Assembly (NCBI RefSeq): GCF_009914755.1
Contig: NC_060937.1
Reading direction: 5' to 3' (one strand)
DNA length: 64,000 bases
DNA from: the human T2T-CHM13v2.0 reference genome, Homo sapiens
Below, piece after piece: positions 25,074 to 38,850 of this stretch (position 1 is the stretch's first letter; each line of letters begins with the position of its first letter). The position numbers and the translations under genes were made by a program. The notes under the pieces are model-generated. The model saw only the letters and a list, made by a program, of their open reading frames with translations, was not told the origin of the DNA and made no database searches.

Positions 25074-26139
25074 TGTACTGGATATGGCATTGAGAATAAT
25101 TTTTTGTGTAAATAACTGTTGCAATGCATAGGGATTGTCTTGTGTTTTTGGTGTTTTCAAGCTTATGGATACTGATGTGATAATTACACAGTACCTAATG
25201 GCTCTTTGTACTATTTGTAGGCGAGGTTATCCTGAGAGATTTCTAGTTATATTAATCCAAATTTTGGAAATGTTATAGTAACTACACACATTCTAATTTA
25301 GCTGGTCTCAAGAGATACACAATAAAGCAGAACTGGTTTCTATAGAAAAATCTCATGGGGCAGGGCTGGCCTCATATTCTGCTGCTTTCTTGCCCCAAAG
25401 GAACCACCACACCATTGGTTGACTACAAGCTTGTTGTTAGGGTGAAAATCACAGGAGAATAACAATTGGGATATTTCTGGAGAAAAGCCTGATTCTCAGG
25501 GTCTTACGGTACCTTGAAAAAAATTTTGTCCTAATTTTCGAGAGGGAAAACATTTGAGGGAACGTTTAAGCTTCTCTTTTCTTCTGTGAGAAAGAGTATC
25601 TCATTTGTTTTGTGAGAAGGAATACCTAAAGTTTGGAAGCAATGTCAATCAGGAGAGAGGATTTGTGCATGAAAAAGGTCAGTCTTGAAAACTAGCTTGC
25701 AAACATTGCCTTTTGGACTCTTGTGCTGAGTTATGCGGTATATCTGCATGTAAGCGGTGCAACAGAAGCTCCAGCTGTGTCTCTGCTCCCCAAGTTCCAA
25801 TTTCTCAGCTTGAAATTAGATACAATAAGTCAGGACTGAAAAGTCACCAAAGTTCAGGCTTAGGGAAAAAAAAAGAGATGAGAGATTCTGCTAAGATTTC
25901 AATTATTATTTATTAATTAAAATCAAGCAGATGATATAGGTTGATCCGTAGTTGGAGCGTGCATTTGTTTTTCATTTGTCAAAAACCTAGAAACTAGGAG
26001 TGACTAATACCATAATCAACCTTCAGTAATGAGGCAATAAAGAAAGTCTTGAAATGTAGTTCATTTTATGCTAAATAAAAGCTTCCTATGATTAAACTCT
26101 TGCACTTTTCTGATGGGATCTCCATGCTATACACAGATT

Positions 26140-26620
26140 AATATTTCCAAATCACAAAATGATCTTATTAATTTTCTGCACAGAAAGTTTACATTGCTCC
26201 ATCCTTATTTTTTATTTTATTTTATTATTATCATTTTTTTAGGATAAAAGCCATTTTCCATACAACGGTGTGGAAAATCCTTAAGCTTCTGAGGCCTGTT
26301 TATTTTTTTAGGCTCATTTTCCCCTCCTGCTTTATTAAATGTCTTACCGTTTCTTTCCAGCTCCCTTCAAGAATCAGGTCAGTGTTTCTCCTTCAGGAAC
26401 ATTCAATACTCTTCTCTTCCTCAATTTAATTTAGATACTCCCCTGGTACACTGTCACAGCACTTATTGTATTAAATTGCAAACATTTATCTACTTGTCTG
26501 TTTCCTTCAGTGGACTGAGTTCTTCGAGGACAAGAAGCTTACCATTCATTTGCTCTCACTCTGCACCCAACTTTTAGCATATTACCATATACCTCTGGAT
26601 AAAAACTTTTGAAATGTTGA
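26140..26620 (+). mobile_element. L2 3' region
   Basis: CAGCACTTATT...TACTTGTCTGTTTCC...GGACTGAGTTCTTCGAGGACAAG motifs. Confidence 0.6.
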
Positions 26621-26780
26621 GTCCCTAAATGGCATAGTGCTCAAAACACTAGCCTGTTGTCCAAATCCTAAGGAACTGGTAGGACTGGACGGAGAGATTC
26701 TTGAAATAGAATCTACAGAAGTTGGAGTCTGGAATCTGTAGTTTTAAAAACATTATAGGTTATTATAAAAATCCAATTGA

Positions 26781-27128
<348 letters not shown>

Positions 27129-27613
27129 TTAGCTTTTGATTTTAATTTTCATTTTCTGCATCTCACTCTTCTCATCTTATAGTTGACTCTACTGACTGTT
27201 CTAGGTTAAACAACTAAAATTCTAATAATAGTAATCATATAGCAGATTAAATATTTGTGTTAACGTGGTCATTATGAAGTTTATTATCCTAGAATACCAG
27301 AAACGCATTTTAGGGCACATTATTTTAGCTGTTTCTCTGAGAGAAATCTTTGAAGTGATTAAGCAATCCTTAATGCTTGTCCAATTGATGTAGGGAAACT
27401 GTAGTTACATGGTTTGTTGCCTAGTATTGTTTCCTTAGGGGACTATTTGCATAGTAAACGATAGGAATATTTAACACTTTGTTTTTTAAAAATATGATAT
27501 AGGCTGTAATGATTTAAAGTATACAATAAAGTTATAAATTATCACTTATTTTCTCTTTCTTCCAATGTCAGACTTAGCTAAGTACTACACACGATATTTA
27601 CATAAAAATAATG

Positions 27614-29896
27614 TGATATAGTTTGTGTCTCCACCCAAATCTCATCTTGAATTGTTCTCTTATAATTCCCACGTATTGTGGGAAGGACCTGGTGGGAGAT
27701 AATTTGAATCATGTGGGCAGTTTCCCCATAGTGTTCTCATGATAGTCAATAAGTTTCACAAGATCGGATGGTTTTATCAGGGGTTTCCACTTTTGTATAT
27801 TTCTCATTTTTTTTCTCTTGCCGCCACCATGTAAGAAGTGCCTTTCACCTCCTGCCGTCATTCTGAGGCCTCTTCAGCTGTGTGGAACTGTAAGTGCAAT
27901 GAAATCTCTTTTTCTTCCCAGTTTCGGGTATATCTTCATCAGCACTATGATAACGGACTAATACAGTAAATTGGTACAAGTAGAGTGGGGCATTGCCGAA
28001 AAGATACCCAAAAATGTAGAAGCAACTTTGGAACTGGGTATCAGACAGAGGTTGGAACAGTTTGGAGGGCTCAGAAGAAGACAGGAAAATGTGGGAAAGT
28101 TTGGAACCTCCTAGAGACTTGTTGAATGGCTTTGACAAAAATGCTGATTGTGATATGAACAGTGGGTCCAGGCTGAGATGGTCTCAGATAGAGATGAGGA
28201 ACCTGCTGGGAACTGGAGCAAAGATGACCCTTGTTATGTTTTAGCAAAGAGACTGGTGGCATTTTGCCCTTGCCCTAGAAATTTGTGGAGCTTTGAACTT
28301 GAGAGAGATCATTTAGGGTATCTGGCAGAAGAAATTTCTAAGCAGCAAAGCATTCAAAAGGTGACTTGGATGCTGTTAAAAGCATTTCATTTTAAAAGGG
28401 AAACAGAGCATAAAATTTCAGAGAATTTGTAGCCTGATGATGCAGTAGAAAAGAAAACCCATTTTTTAAGAAGAAATTCAAGCTGGCTGCAAAAATTTGC
28501 ATAAGTAACAAGGAGCCAAAGTTAATCCCTGACAATGGGGAAAATGTCTGCAGGGAATGCCAGAGGTCTTCATGGTAGCCCCTCCCATCACAAATCCAGA
28601 AGCATAGGAGGAAAAAATGGTTTTGTGGGCCAACCCCAGGGTCCTCATGCTGTGTGCAGCCTAGGGACTTAGTGCCCTGTGACCCAGCCACTCCAGCCAT
28701 TGCTAAAAGGGGCCAAGGTACAGCTCGGCCCACGGTTTCAGAGGGTGCAAGCCCCAACCCTTGGCAGCTTCCACGTATTGTTGAGCCTGCGGGTACACAG
28801 AAATCAAGAATTGAGGTTTGGGAACCTTCATCTAGATTTCAGAAGATGTTTGGAAATGCCTGGATGCCCAGGCAAAAGTTTGCTGCAGGATCGGGGCCCT
28901 CATGGAGAACCTCTGCTAGGGCAGTACAGAAGGGAACTCTGGGTTTGGAGCCCCCATACAGAGTCCCTACTAGGGCACCACCTAGGGGAGCGCTGACAAG
29001 AAGGCCACTGTCCTCCAGACCCCAGAATGGTGGATCCACTGACAGCTTGCACCATGCGCCTGGAAAAGCCACAGAGACTCAATGCCAGCCTGTGAAAACA
29101 GCCAGGAGGGGGGCTATGCTCTGCAAATCCACAGGGGCGAAGCTGCCCAAGACTATGGGAACCTATCTCTTGCATCAGGGTGACCTGGATGTGAGACATG
29201 GCATCAAAAGAGATCACTTTGGAGCTTTAGAATTTTACTGCCCTGCTGGATTTTGAACTTGCGTGGACCCTGTAACCCCTTTGTATTGGTCAAATTCTCC
29301 CATTTGGAATGGCTGTATTTACCCAATACCTGTACCTCCGTTGCATCTAGGAAGTAAGTAGCTTTCTTTTGATATTACAGGCTCATAGGCAGAAGGGACT
29401 TGCCTTGTCTCAGATGAGACTTTGGACTGTGGACTTTTGGGTTAATGCTGAAATGAGTTTAAGACTTTGGGAGACTGTTGGGAAGGCATGACTGGTTTTG
29501 AAATGTGAAGACATGAGATTTAGAGGGGTCAGGGTGGAATTATATGGTTTGGCTCTGTGTCCCCACCCAAATTTCATCTTGAATCATACTCTCATCATTC
29601 CCACATGTTGTGGGAGGGATCCAGTGGGAGATAATTTGAATCATGGGGGCGGTTTCCCCCGTACTGTTCTCATGGTAGTGAATAAGTCTCATGAGATCTG
29701 ATGATTTTATCAGTAGTTTCCACTTTTGCATCTCTCCCATTTTTTCTCTTGTCATCACCATGCAAGAAGTGCCTTTCACCTCCCGCAATGATTCTGAGGC
29801 CTCCTCAACCGTGTGGAACTGTAAGTCCAATTAAACCTCTTTTTCTTCCCAGTTTTGGGTATGTCGTTATCAGCAGTGTGAAAATGAACTAATACA
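27614..29896 (+). mobile_element. Complete THE1A MaLR element (LTR 27614-27965, internal 27966-29539, LTR 29540-29896)
   Basis: Two homologous LTRs ending TAATACA. The internal region starts GTAAATTGGTAC and has a purine-rich tract before the 3' LTR. ORF 28654-29256 is a remnant of the MaLR internal ORF. Confidence 0.95.
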
Positions 29897-30073
29897 TGCA
29901 CCAGGCGCATGGTGCAAGCTGTCAGTGGATCTACCATTCTGGGGTCTGGAGGACAGTGGTCATCTTCTCAGAGCTCAACTAGGTGGTGCCTAGTAGAGAC
30001 TCTGTGTGGGGGCTCCAAACCCAGATTTCCCTTCTGCACTGCCTTAGCAGAGGTTCTCCATGAGGGTCCCGAT
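29897..30073 (-). repeat. Inverted copy of THE1A internal segment 28890-29063
   Basis: By-eye alignment of 29901-30073 to the reverse complement of 28890-29063 gives about 13 substitutions and 1 gap. Confidence 0.92.
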
Positions 30074-30807
30074 ATGGTAGATTACTCTCTGGCACACGTG
30101 AAAACACATAAACATAATCTTGTGGACATAAGTCAATAGAAATTCCATTTTTTGTTTTGTTTTCTTGATTTTTCCTTATAGTTCCATTACTTTATCTTAC
30201 ATGTCTTCCATGGCTCTGTGAGCCAAAAATATTACATGGTTATCCACATGTTAGATGAGGACAGAGATTATGGCTGCAAGCATGCTGGGCTGGTTTTGTT
30301 ACCTTGGATAATTCTGCTTATTGGTCCTATAAAGAAACATTTCTGCAAAGAGCATCAGAAATTGTAGATGTTTAATTGTAACTCTCTCCCATTCCATCAA
30401 ATTCCATATCTTTTTAAAGCTTTTTTAAAGCTCAATTTAAATAGTACTTTGCAAACCTTTTAAAAATACTGACTGTGTTAATGAGCCATGTAAAGTATAT
30501 CAAATGAAATCAACTTCATATTAATTTTCCTGAAGTTAGAGATTTTAACAGTTTAGTGTAGCTAATGTTGAAAAGTTCCTGTATGGGTTCTAGAACCCTG
30601 AATCAAGGAATTTCACTCTTTCTAGTAGGGGTCATATGGAGCAGGACTTCTGTCCTACACAATTTAATAGCACCTTAGAAGTCAAAAAGAAAATAAATGG
30701 AAGACTAAACTGTAAAGAATCTGTGGTGAAAGGAATCTCACATTTTTACTAAAGTCCTTCCATGATAACACTTAAAGTACCACAGCCGTCTTTGGGTTAT
30801 CAGCAGT

Positions 30808-31590
30808 GTGATAATTAAAAAAAAACTAATCACAATATTATTTACTATTAATCCCTTCAAGTTGTGAGGTTTATATTCCTTATCCTTAAATTTAGATAAA
30901 GTGACTACTTTGAGCAATAGAGTATGATGGAAGTGACTTTATGTGACTTTCAATATTAGATTATAAAGGAGATGCAGTTTCCGTCTTGTTCTTTCATTTT
31001 ATTTTTCTTTGACGCATAAAGATTTTACACATTTCTGTGGTACGTGTGATATTTTGATACATCCATACAAGGTGTAGTGATCAAATCAGGGTATTTAGGA
31101 TATGCAGTACCTCAAACATTTATCGTTTCTTTGTTTTGGGGACATTCTAAATCTATTTCTAGCCATTTTGAAACATACAATGGATTATTGCTAACTATAG
31201 TCACCTTACTGTGCTATCCAACACTAGAACATATTCCATCTACCTAACTGCTTGAGATCAGATCTGGAAAGTTTTGCTACAATAATGAGTGTAAAGAAGT
31301 CAAGCCATGTTCAGGTGTCCTGATGACAATCTTAAATGAGCCCCGTTGTTTCTATCATTTGAGATCACCTGTCTGAAATGTGATTGAAGAAACCTCCAGA
31401 TGAGTCCAAGTCCCATACATGAAGTTATTCAGTTTTCGAGTCTTCACAGCTAAGGTCTCAGCCATAAGGAGAAAGGGCAAGTTATGTCCTTAGTGGTGAG
31501 TGCCTCACTCACAGACCCTCTGAGCCTAATAACATGCTTGCCTTATGCCACTAAATTCTGGGGCAGTTTAATTATTGAAGAAACTATTTT
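30808..31590 (+). mobile_element. Old MLT1 LTR interrupted by an L1MA 3' end
   Basis: CAATAGAGTATGATGGAAGTGAC...TGTGACTT at the 5' side and GCCACTAAATTCTGGGG at the 3' side. Confidence 0.6.
30992..31250 (-). mobile_element. L1MA 3' end
   Basis: GATCAAATCAGGGTATTTAGGATAT...CTATAGTCACCTTACTGTGCTAT is the antisense L1MA 3' UTR. Confidence 0.8.
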
Positions 31591-32479
31591 CCAGGAGCAG
31601 TAAAATTTTTATCATAAACTATACTGTGTCTCTGAATAATGTTATCCACAGCCATCGCTAACATTATCATTTTTGTCTCTTTAGGCAAATGTAAAAATGC
31701 TTATAAATAAATATAGAAGCATATCTATCTTTCTAATTATATTCATCAAATATTTATATTCATGGATAAGGGAAATAAATAATTATTTTAAATAAAAATA
31801 TAAAGTTTGAAACAGGAGTTGAATGTTCATAAATATTTTATTATTTGTATGGTCCACTTGCCCAGTTCCAAATGATTTCAAGTTCTGAGAATTAGTCTGG
31901 AAACAAAATAATAAGTAAAGGTTCTCGTGACTGCATTAATTCCATCCTTTTCCACAACATAGTATAAACACTTGCCATATTAATGCCTGTTTTTCTGAAA
32001 ATCTTTGATACCACAGGCAGAGAGCAATTGTTTGCCAGTTCTTATAATCATAGGTTTTCAGAAACTAGTCATAGAGATATAACTGTGAAGCAGTTTGGAA
32101 ATATTCACCAAGCAGTTCTCTAGAACTAGAGTTTCTACAGAATGAGAAGTTAGAACAAGCTTTTTTAGCCTTGTATAATATATTCATATCCTTCATATGC
32201 TCTCACCAGAAGATTTTCAGTATCTAGACAATCTGAATTACATAATTCAGAATTAAAGCCCTGATCATTCGTTTTTGGATTTGTACCTCAAATCTCAGCC
32301 ACGTGGCTACTGGAACTTATACCACAGCATTTGCTCTGTTTTGACTTTAATTTCAAGACACCAAACAACAATGCAAGACAGTAATCCTGGAGTGCTGGGG
32401 GGACAATGTATTGAGCACTGTGTTTCCTCCAACTTTCAACCTAGACAGAGTTTCCAATTAGTAGTATAAGAAAAGAGAA

Positions 32480-33077
32480 TCCCAGTTAAACTAAAGTGCT
32501 TCTGCACAGCAATAGAAGCTACCAACAGAATAAACAGACAACCTACAGAATGGGAGAGAATATTTGCAAACTATGCATCTGACAGAGGTCTAATATCCAG
32601 CATATAATTAACTTACAGAAATTTACAATAACAAACAATCCCATTAAAAAGTGCACAAAAGACACAAATAGACACTTTTCAAAAGAAGATCTACATGTGG
32701 CCAATGATCATATCAAAAAAGCTCAGCATCACTGATCATTAGAGAAATATAAATGAAAACCACAATGAGATACCATCTCACACCAGTTAGAGTGGATACT
32801 ATTAAAAAGTCAAAAAATAACAGATGGTGGTGAGGTTGTGGGGAAAAAGAAACCCTTATACACTGTTGGTGAGATTGTAAATTAGTTCACTCATTGTGGA
32901 AAGCAGTGTGGCAATTCCTCAAAGACCCAAAAACAGAACTACCATTCAAGCCAGAGTATCATGACTGGGTATATACCCAGGGGAATGTAAATCAATCTAT
33001 CATAAAGATGCATACACGTGAATGTTCATTGCAGCACTATTTACATTAGCAAAGAGATGGAAGCAACTTAAATGCTC
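32480..33077 (+). mobile_element. L1PA ORF2 3' fragment
   Basis: TAAACTAAAGTGCTTCTGCACAGC...CAACCTACAGAATGGGAG...GATACCATCTCACACCAGTTAGA. Confidence 0.9.
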
Positions 33078-33880
33078 CTCAAGAGCCCCATGGATTCTGT
33101 GAGGTAAAGAAACAAGCTGAGAGTCTCTGGAGAAAAAGGCAAGGACTGAGTATTGCAAAGGTGATGGCAGAATGAGAGATACACGTGGTGAGAACTCTGG
33201 GGATCTCTCTTAAGTATTCATCTGAGTATTGGTTAGTGCAGGCATGTAGAGAATTTACCTGGGTCTGGGTTAAGAACCACCCTAGAAAGAATAGTGCCTG
33301 GTGCCAGGAATACTGCAGGGAAGTACCTATTCCCAACAGAATGAAAAACCTTATGATTCTTAAGGATTCGAGGAGAGTATAAAGAAGGGTTCCACCTCAG
33401 TGCTGCGGACCATTTATCCTTAGCCAACATGGTAAATGTCACAATATCTAGCATCCAGTGAAACATTACTAAGATTGCCAAGAACAAAAAAGGAATTTGT
33501 GACCCATAATGTGTCCTTCAACTGCTGAATCAAAAACCAAAATATGGTGTATCCATCCAATAATAAACTACTTAAAAATAAACTTTTCATATACATGCAT
33601 CTTAGAACTCAAAATGATTTTTGAAGACAAAAAAGAGTACATCTACATGATTTAAGTTAAATAAATTTCTAAGATTTATTAAGCTATAATGACAGAACAT
33701 ATATCAGCTGTGTGGAGGGAGAAGGCGAAATTACAAAGGAATGTGGGCAAACAGAGAAAGGGAAATGTTGATTATTTTGATCGTGGTGATGGCTTCATGG
33801 GTATGAACATATATGAAATTTATCAATTTATATAGTTAATTATGTACAATCTATAACATTACGATAAAGCAGTCTATAAA
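33078..33880 (+). mobile_element. Old L1M: 5'-region piece joined to a 3'-UTR piece
   Basis: CACAATATCTAGCATCCAGTGAAACATTACTAAG...GTGACCCATAA (pre-ORF1 motif) followed by the L1MC/ME-type 3' UTR motif GATCGTGGTGATGGCTTCATGGGT. Confidence 0.55.
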
Positions 33881-35421
33881 GTCAGAATAAAAATATCTTA
33901 CAAAGGATAAGCTTATTTTCAGACACTTTGATAAGTGTGCCTTAATGATGTTATATTTTAGGAATTATAATTAAAATAATAAATTCAAATATTTCCAGAT
34001 AATCTATTTTATTACATTAATATAGCTACTTTAAAATCTCTGAATTACTTTTTCTCCTTTTGAAAAATTATATTTAACATTGAAGACAGGCCTAATATTT
34101 TGCCTGCTTTGGGGCTTAGAATTGGTTAGCTGCAAATCAACTTTATTTGCTCTTGAGTTCACTGAATTAAAAAAGTTTGTTTTTGTAATTACTTGAAGTA
34201 TTCCTCTAATTTTTAAAGATAATTTAATTGTTGTATTCCAAAGTTTGTTCCTGCTATCAGAGTTGTATTTTCTAATTAGTGAAGTAAAAAATATTTAGGA
34301 TACATTTATATTTCACTAAGAAATCCACCTTTACAGACAAATTTCATAGAATCAAAGATTTAAAACTTTTATGCCTCATAGAACTACTTTATTAAACCAT
34401 GTATGACAGAAATAGACAATTTTAACTTTTTTAACTATAGTAAATATATATATAGAAGCCAGAATAGTTCAATTTGTTATACACCATAAGATTTGCTGAT
34501 TTTGTTCAACCTCTGTTCTCTTATTTTATGAAAATGAGAACAAGAAGGATTTTCTGAGGTTTCTTCTTTGTTGAATCATTTAAAGCTATTTATGCTTATT
34601 TTTCCTGCTTAGAGCCTGTTTACCTTAGCCTAAGTTAACAATCCTGTCTTCTTTGAAGACAGTCTAATTACCGTAGTGGGAACTTTCATCAGCCATCACG
34701 TATTGCATCTAGAAGTGCTGGAACAATAACTCAAAGCGACTGATTGACAGCAACTGTTACCAAATTAGCATTTCCATGGAAGCCAGCATCAGTTATCGTC
34801 AACAGACATTATCCTCCTCTGAGATTTTCTGAACTGCTTTTCAATAGAGGCCAAATCACTCAGTATGCAATAAAACAAAAGAAACTTTGTCTGAATACTA
34901 TATTAGGACAGAAGCAAGCATCTTCTGTTACTTCACACTATATGATGTTTAAATTGTATGAGAAAAAACAGATTCTTCCTATTAGACATTACCTTTTGTA
35001 GTTTTGGTTTAAATTTAGCATATTTAAAAAATAGCACATACACTGAATTGGAATTTTTAAGTTTTAAAGCTGATTGATTAATGCAGTGTCAATATATGTC
35101 ATGAAAATAACATGTCTTGCTAGGATTAGGTCTGAGCATATGCGAAACTGCAAAAAAATTACACCTCCTAAGAGATGAAAGTAGACTGCTTGTATTTTAT
35201 AGCTTTCATTATTCAAAATAAAACACATTAATATTTAAATGCTGAGTCAGAAAGCTAAAAGAGATTTTCAATATGATCTAGTGAAAATGTCTGTATATAG
35301 ATAGAAACATCAGAGACCATGACTTTCTCAGTATTAAATCATAAAATATTTTTAAAAGGCAAGACTACAACCTGATTATATGAACTCATATCTTAGTGTT
35401 CCTCAGACTTTCACATGGACA

Positions 35422-35460
35422 AACACACACACACACAGACACACACACAACACGCAACAC
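35422..35460. repeat. (CA)n microsatellite
   Basis: Directly visible. Confidence 0.9.
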
Positions 35461-37800
35461 ATTTGTATCCTTCTATGCTTAATGATATGTTCTTTTCTAG
35501 TTTTATTTATTTAGTCTCAATGTTATTTAACTGCCTTTGATAACAAAGTGCAAGGTTACCTGATTTAAAAATTTCAGTCAATATTAGCATTTAGAACTTT
35601 ACAACTTTTCAGTCAACCTCTGTGCCGTCAAACATCTCAATGATTTTTTTTTTAACTCTGCACAATACCTGGCAATTCCGAAACTACAGATTCTTAACCC
35701 ATATCTTGCAGTTGATGTCTGACAAATTAGGTAACTAGTTAAAATTTACTATAGGTAACTGAATTCTGAATCAAATGTAACTATAATAAAAGTTTTTATC
35801 GTAATTGCCTGCAATCGTACATGTTATATTTTTGGTAGTGATGCTACACCATTAATAGATACATTGATTTGAGTTATACTCAAATGAAGCTAATGACTAT
35901 TATTGATTTTTATATAAATAGACACACATATGTATTGTAAACACATATATTACTTTTATGAATATGTATGTATGTATCCCATAAGTGGAGATAGTTTCCA
36001 TACCACTGAAATGTAACCACAGTATTTATGATGTGCACTGTATACTATTTTACACTCACAAAGAAAAAGTTATATTTGAACAAATTGCCTAGATTGATTG
36101 CTCCATTTTTCTACTAGATATTTGTAACTTGGACGATTGGATGTCTTATTACCACCTCAGCATTGGCACATCCATATTAAACTAATCATCTTCACTTTGA
36201 AATACTTCATTTTAATTAGTTTTCTTAATAATATTTTCATTACTTCTTCCACTACACTAGAATTTTGAGTTCTCATTGTTTTTTTAAATTTATTCTCACT
36301 TACTATTATGGTAATTTTCTTTAGTCACCACGTTTTCAAGAAACTCTCTGGTAGCATGTCATAAAATGTGAACAGTTTCTTTTGTCACTTTAAGTGAACA
36401 CATATCTAATTGTATATACTCTGTAATTATAACTTTCTTAAATTGCATCTATACACAGAAAAACACTGTAGCAAAACAAGAAAAATTAGGAGAGGTAGCT
36501 TACTAGAATGCCTAAAGCTTGTTTGAGACTTTCTTTTGGTTTCGAATTTTTAAACTTTTTAAAAAATTTTTAGTACTGTTGCTTCCATTTTTATGTACAA
36601 ATAGTAAAGAAAACGATTTTTTATGCATAAACGACATTATTAATTCTTATCACCTCCAGGGTTTTCTAACTAGACTATCCCTTCAATCTGGCTAGGATAA
36701 TGTTGAAATGCTTGTGTTAGTAATCTAACTTGTATGACATGATACATCTGATTTGGCTGTAAATAAATATGGCCACATGTCTTTTTCTTTTGTAATTAAT
36801 TGCCAACCATATACATGCCTTCAATAACAAGAAATCCACTATTGCTACCATAAATTATCCAGTAATTCTTAGATTTACTCAGTTCAAAGCAGTATACCCT
36901 GCTTTTATACCCTGCCAGGTGGATCTTTGTGTTGCCAAAACACCATCTTGACGGTGGCCCCTGCTCATTCCTGTTAGATGCGTCCGGTTTTCTGCTTCCT
37001 TGTTTCTCTGGCATCTCCATGTGTCTCCATCTCTTGGACTGACTTCTCACATATGTGGCTCACAAGGTTATCACCATAACATACAAGTTTAATAATAGTT
37101 GATTGATTCAAGAAGCCAGAGAATGAACTAGGTAAATCCTAAAGAATTTGAATATAGTAAACAATAAAGAGTCATAAATTAGTCAAAGAGAAATCAGATG
37201 AATAAATGGGGAATTGACACAGAATATGAGAAATGACAAAGAAAAATTGATTAATATTTCAAAATGTTTTTTACCACACTTATTTCCCTTAATGACTAAT
37301 ATGACAATTCCACTGCAGATAATCTAACATCCTTTCACTTGAATTCTCCATGCTCACTTTATTTGCCAAAGATACTCTTCCTAGAGATAATCCTTTCTTC
37401 CTCTGCTATACCTATGCTTTCTTAGGTATGTAGAAATTTTGGAAAACACTTTTTAAAAAATTATCAGAAAATACTGAATAATGCTATGGTTTGATAAAAT
37501 AAAAAATATTAAAATAAAATGTATTATGTTAACAAAATACTCAATTATATTCTATGTTAGTTGAGAAACATTGTGATAAACATTGAAAAAAAGTATCAGT
37601 AAAGCCAAATCACTGTGCTCAAGGTGTACATAATCTAGATAGAAAGTTAGAACATTTACTTTTATTATAATGATTAAATTGAATAATGCCATGAAAATAA
37701 TATCACTATTTACTAGAGAAAAAAAAGTTTCCATAAAGAATTACGAAAACTCATAATTTAAAGTAGTGAAAAATATTATGTAAAAGCACAGAAGGGGTTC

Positions 37801-37845
37801 GTGTGTGTGTGTATGTGTGTGTGTGGGTGTGTGTGGGTGTGTCTG
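37801..37845. repeat. (TG)n microsatellite
   Basis: Directly visible. Confidence 0.9.
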
Positions 37846-37879
37846 TGCTTATGAGGAAAAAAAAGACATCTATCTAGAC

Positions 37880-38155
37880 AAAGTTGTTGGCAGAGCTGGT
37901 CTCTCTGAAATCCCTCTTTTTGGTTTGCAGAATGCCACCTTCTCACTGTGTTTTCACCTGGCCTTTTTTCGGTGTGTGGCTGCTCTCCTGGTGTCTGTTT
38001 CTTCTTATGAGGACATTGGTCTTATTGAATAAGGGCCCACACTTAGAAGCTTATTTACTCTCCATTGAGTCCTTAAAGACCTGTCTCCAAATATATTCCT
38101 ATTGGCAATTAGGGCTTCAATCTATAAATTTGGGGTTGATACAATTTAGTCTTTG
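37880..38155 (-). mobile_element. MLT1A/B-type LTR fragment
   Basis: TTGCAGAATGCCACCTTCTCACTGTG...TTCTTATGAGGACA...AAAGACCTGTCTCCAAATA...TAGGGCTTCAA. Confidence 0.75.
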
Positions 38156-38524
38156 ATACCTAGCTTACAGATTTTTCTGACACCATAGTGGATGGTGAAT
38201 TGCAAGAATATAGGCAACAGAAGTAGATAAAATGGATGAATTCCAGATTTGGTGACAGAGTGCAAACTGGAAAGGAGGAAGGACATAACAGTCCCCTGTA
38301 ATTCACAGACTTCTACCTGCATGGTCCAAGAAGCCTTTTACAAAGATGTGGATTTTAGTATGTGATCAACAGTGAAAGAAGATACACTAAAAAACTCTAT
38401 TTTTAAACAAGTAAATAACATTATGCTCTTAAAATAAAAAGCACCCACCAAAGATATATGGATACACAAAATAGATCATTCAAGAGCAGCAATATTTTCT
38501 TTTATGTAAGTTTAATGAATAATT

Positions 38525-38850
38525 AATTTGGCTAACTTATTGGATGAATTTCATCTAGATTTCAGAAAAACATTTCACAAGGTCTCACATGATGTCCTTG
38601 AAAACAAAAATTCATTTTGTTGGAAGGCAAGGCATTTGGGTGGGATTGTAAATGGTTGATCATGTTCAGAAAGAGCTATAATTACTGAAAATCTGTCAAG
38701 AGAGAATACAGATTCTAGCGGCATGCAAGAGAAGCTCTTGTCCTGCTCTGTTTTACATTTTTATCAATGACTTGCATGATTACAATTGCAGCCAACAAAA
38801 AACTGGAAGTGATAGCTATTATGTTGGATGACAGATATCAGATGCAAAGA
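38525..38850 (+). mobile_element. L3/CR1 RT fragment
   Basis: Translates to HLDFRKTFHKVSHDVL (cf. CR1 YLDFSKAFDKVSH) and LFYIFINDL. Confidence 0.75.

Noticed and set aside
25300-25800. Unique, moderately GC-rich stretch
   Set aside because: No motif cluster, ORF or repeat identity that I can support.
28654-29256. Longest ORF (200 aa)
   Set aside because: It lies wholly in THE1A internal sequence and is a broken remnant of the known MaLR ORF, not a host gene.
32232-32251. TCTGAATTA-CA-TAATTCAGA hairpin
   Set aside because: A 9-bp AT-rich stem is expected by chance at this composition.
36880-37080. GC-richer LTR-like patch
   Set aside because: No family, termini or TSD could be identified.
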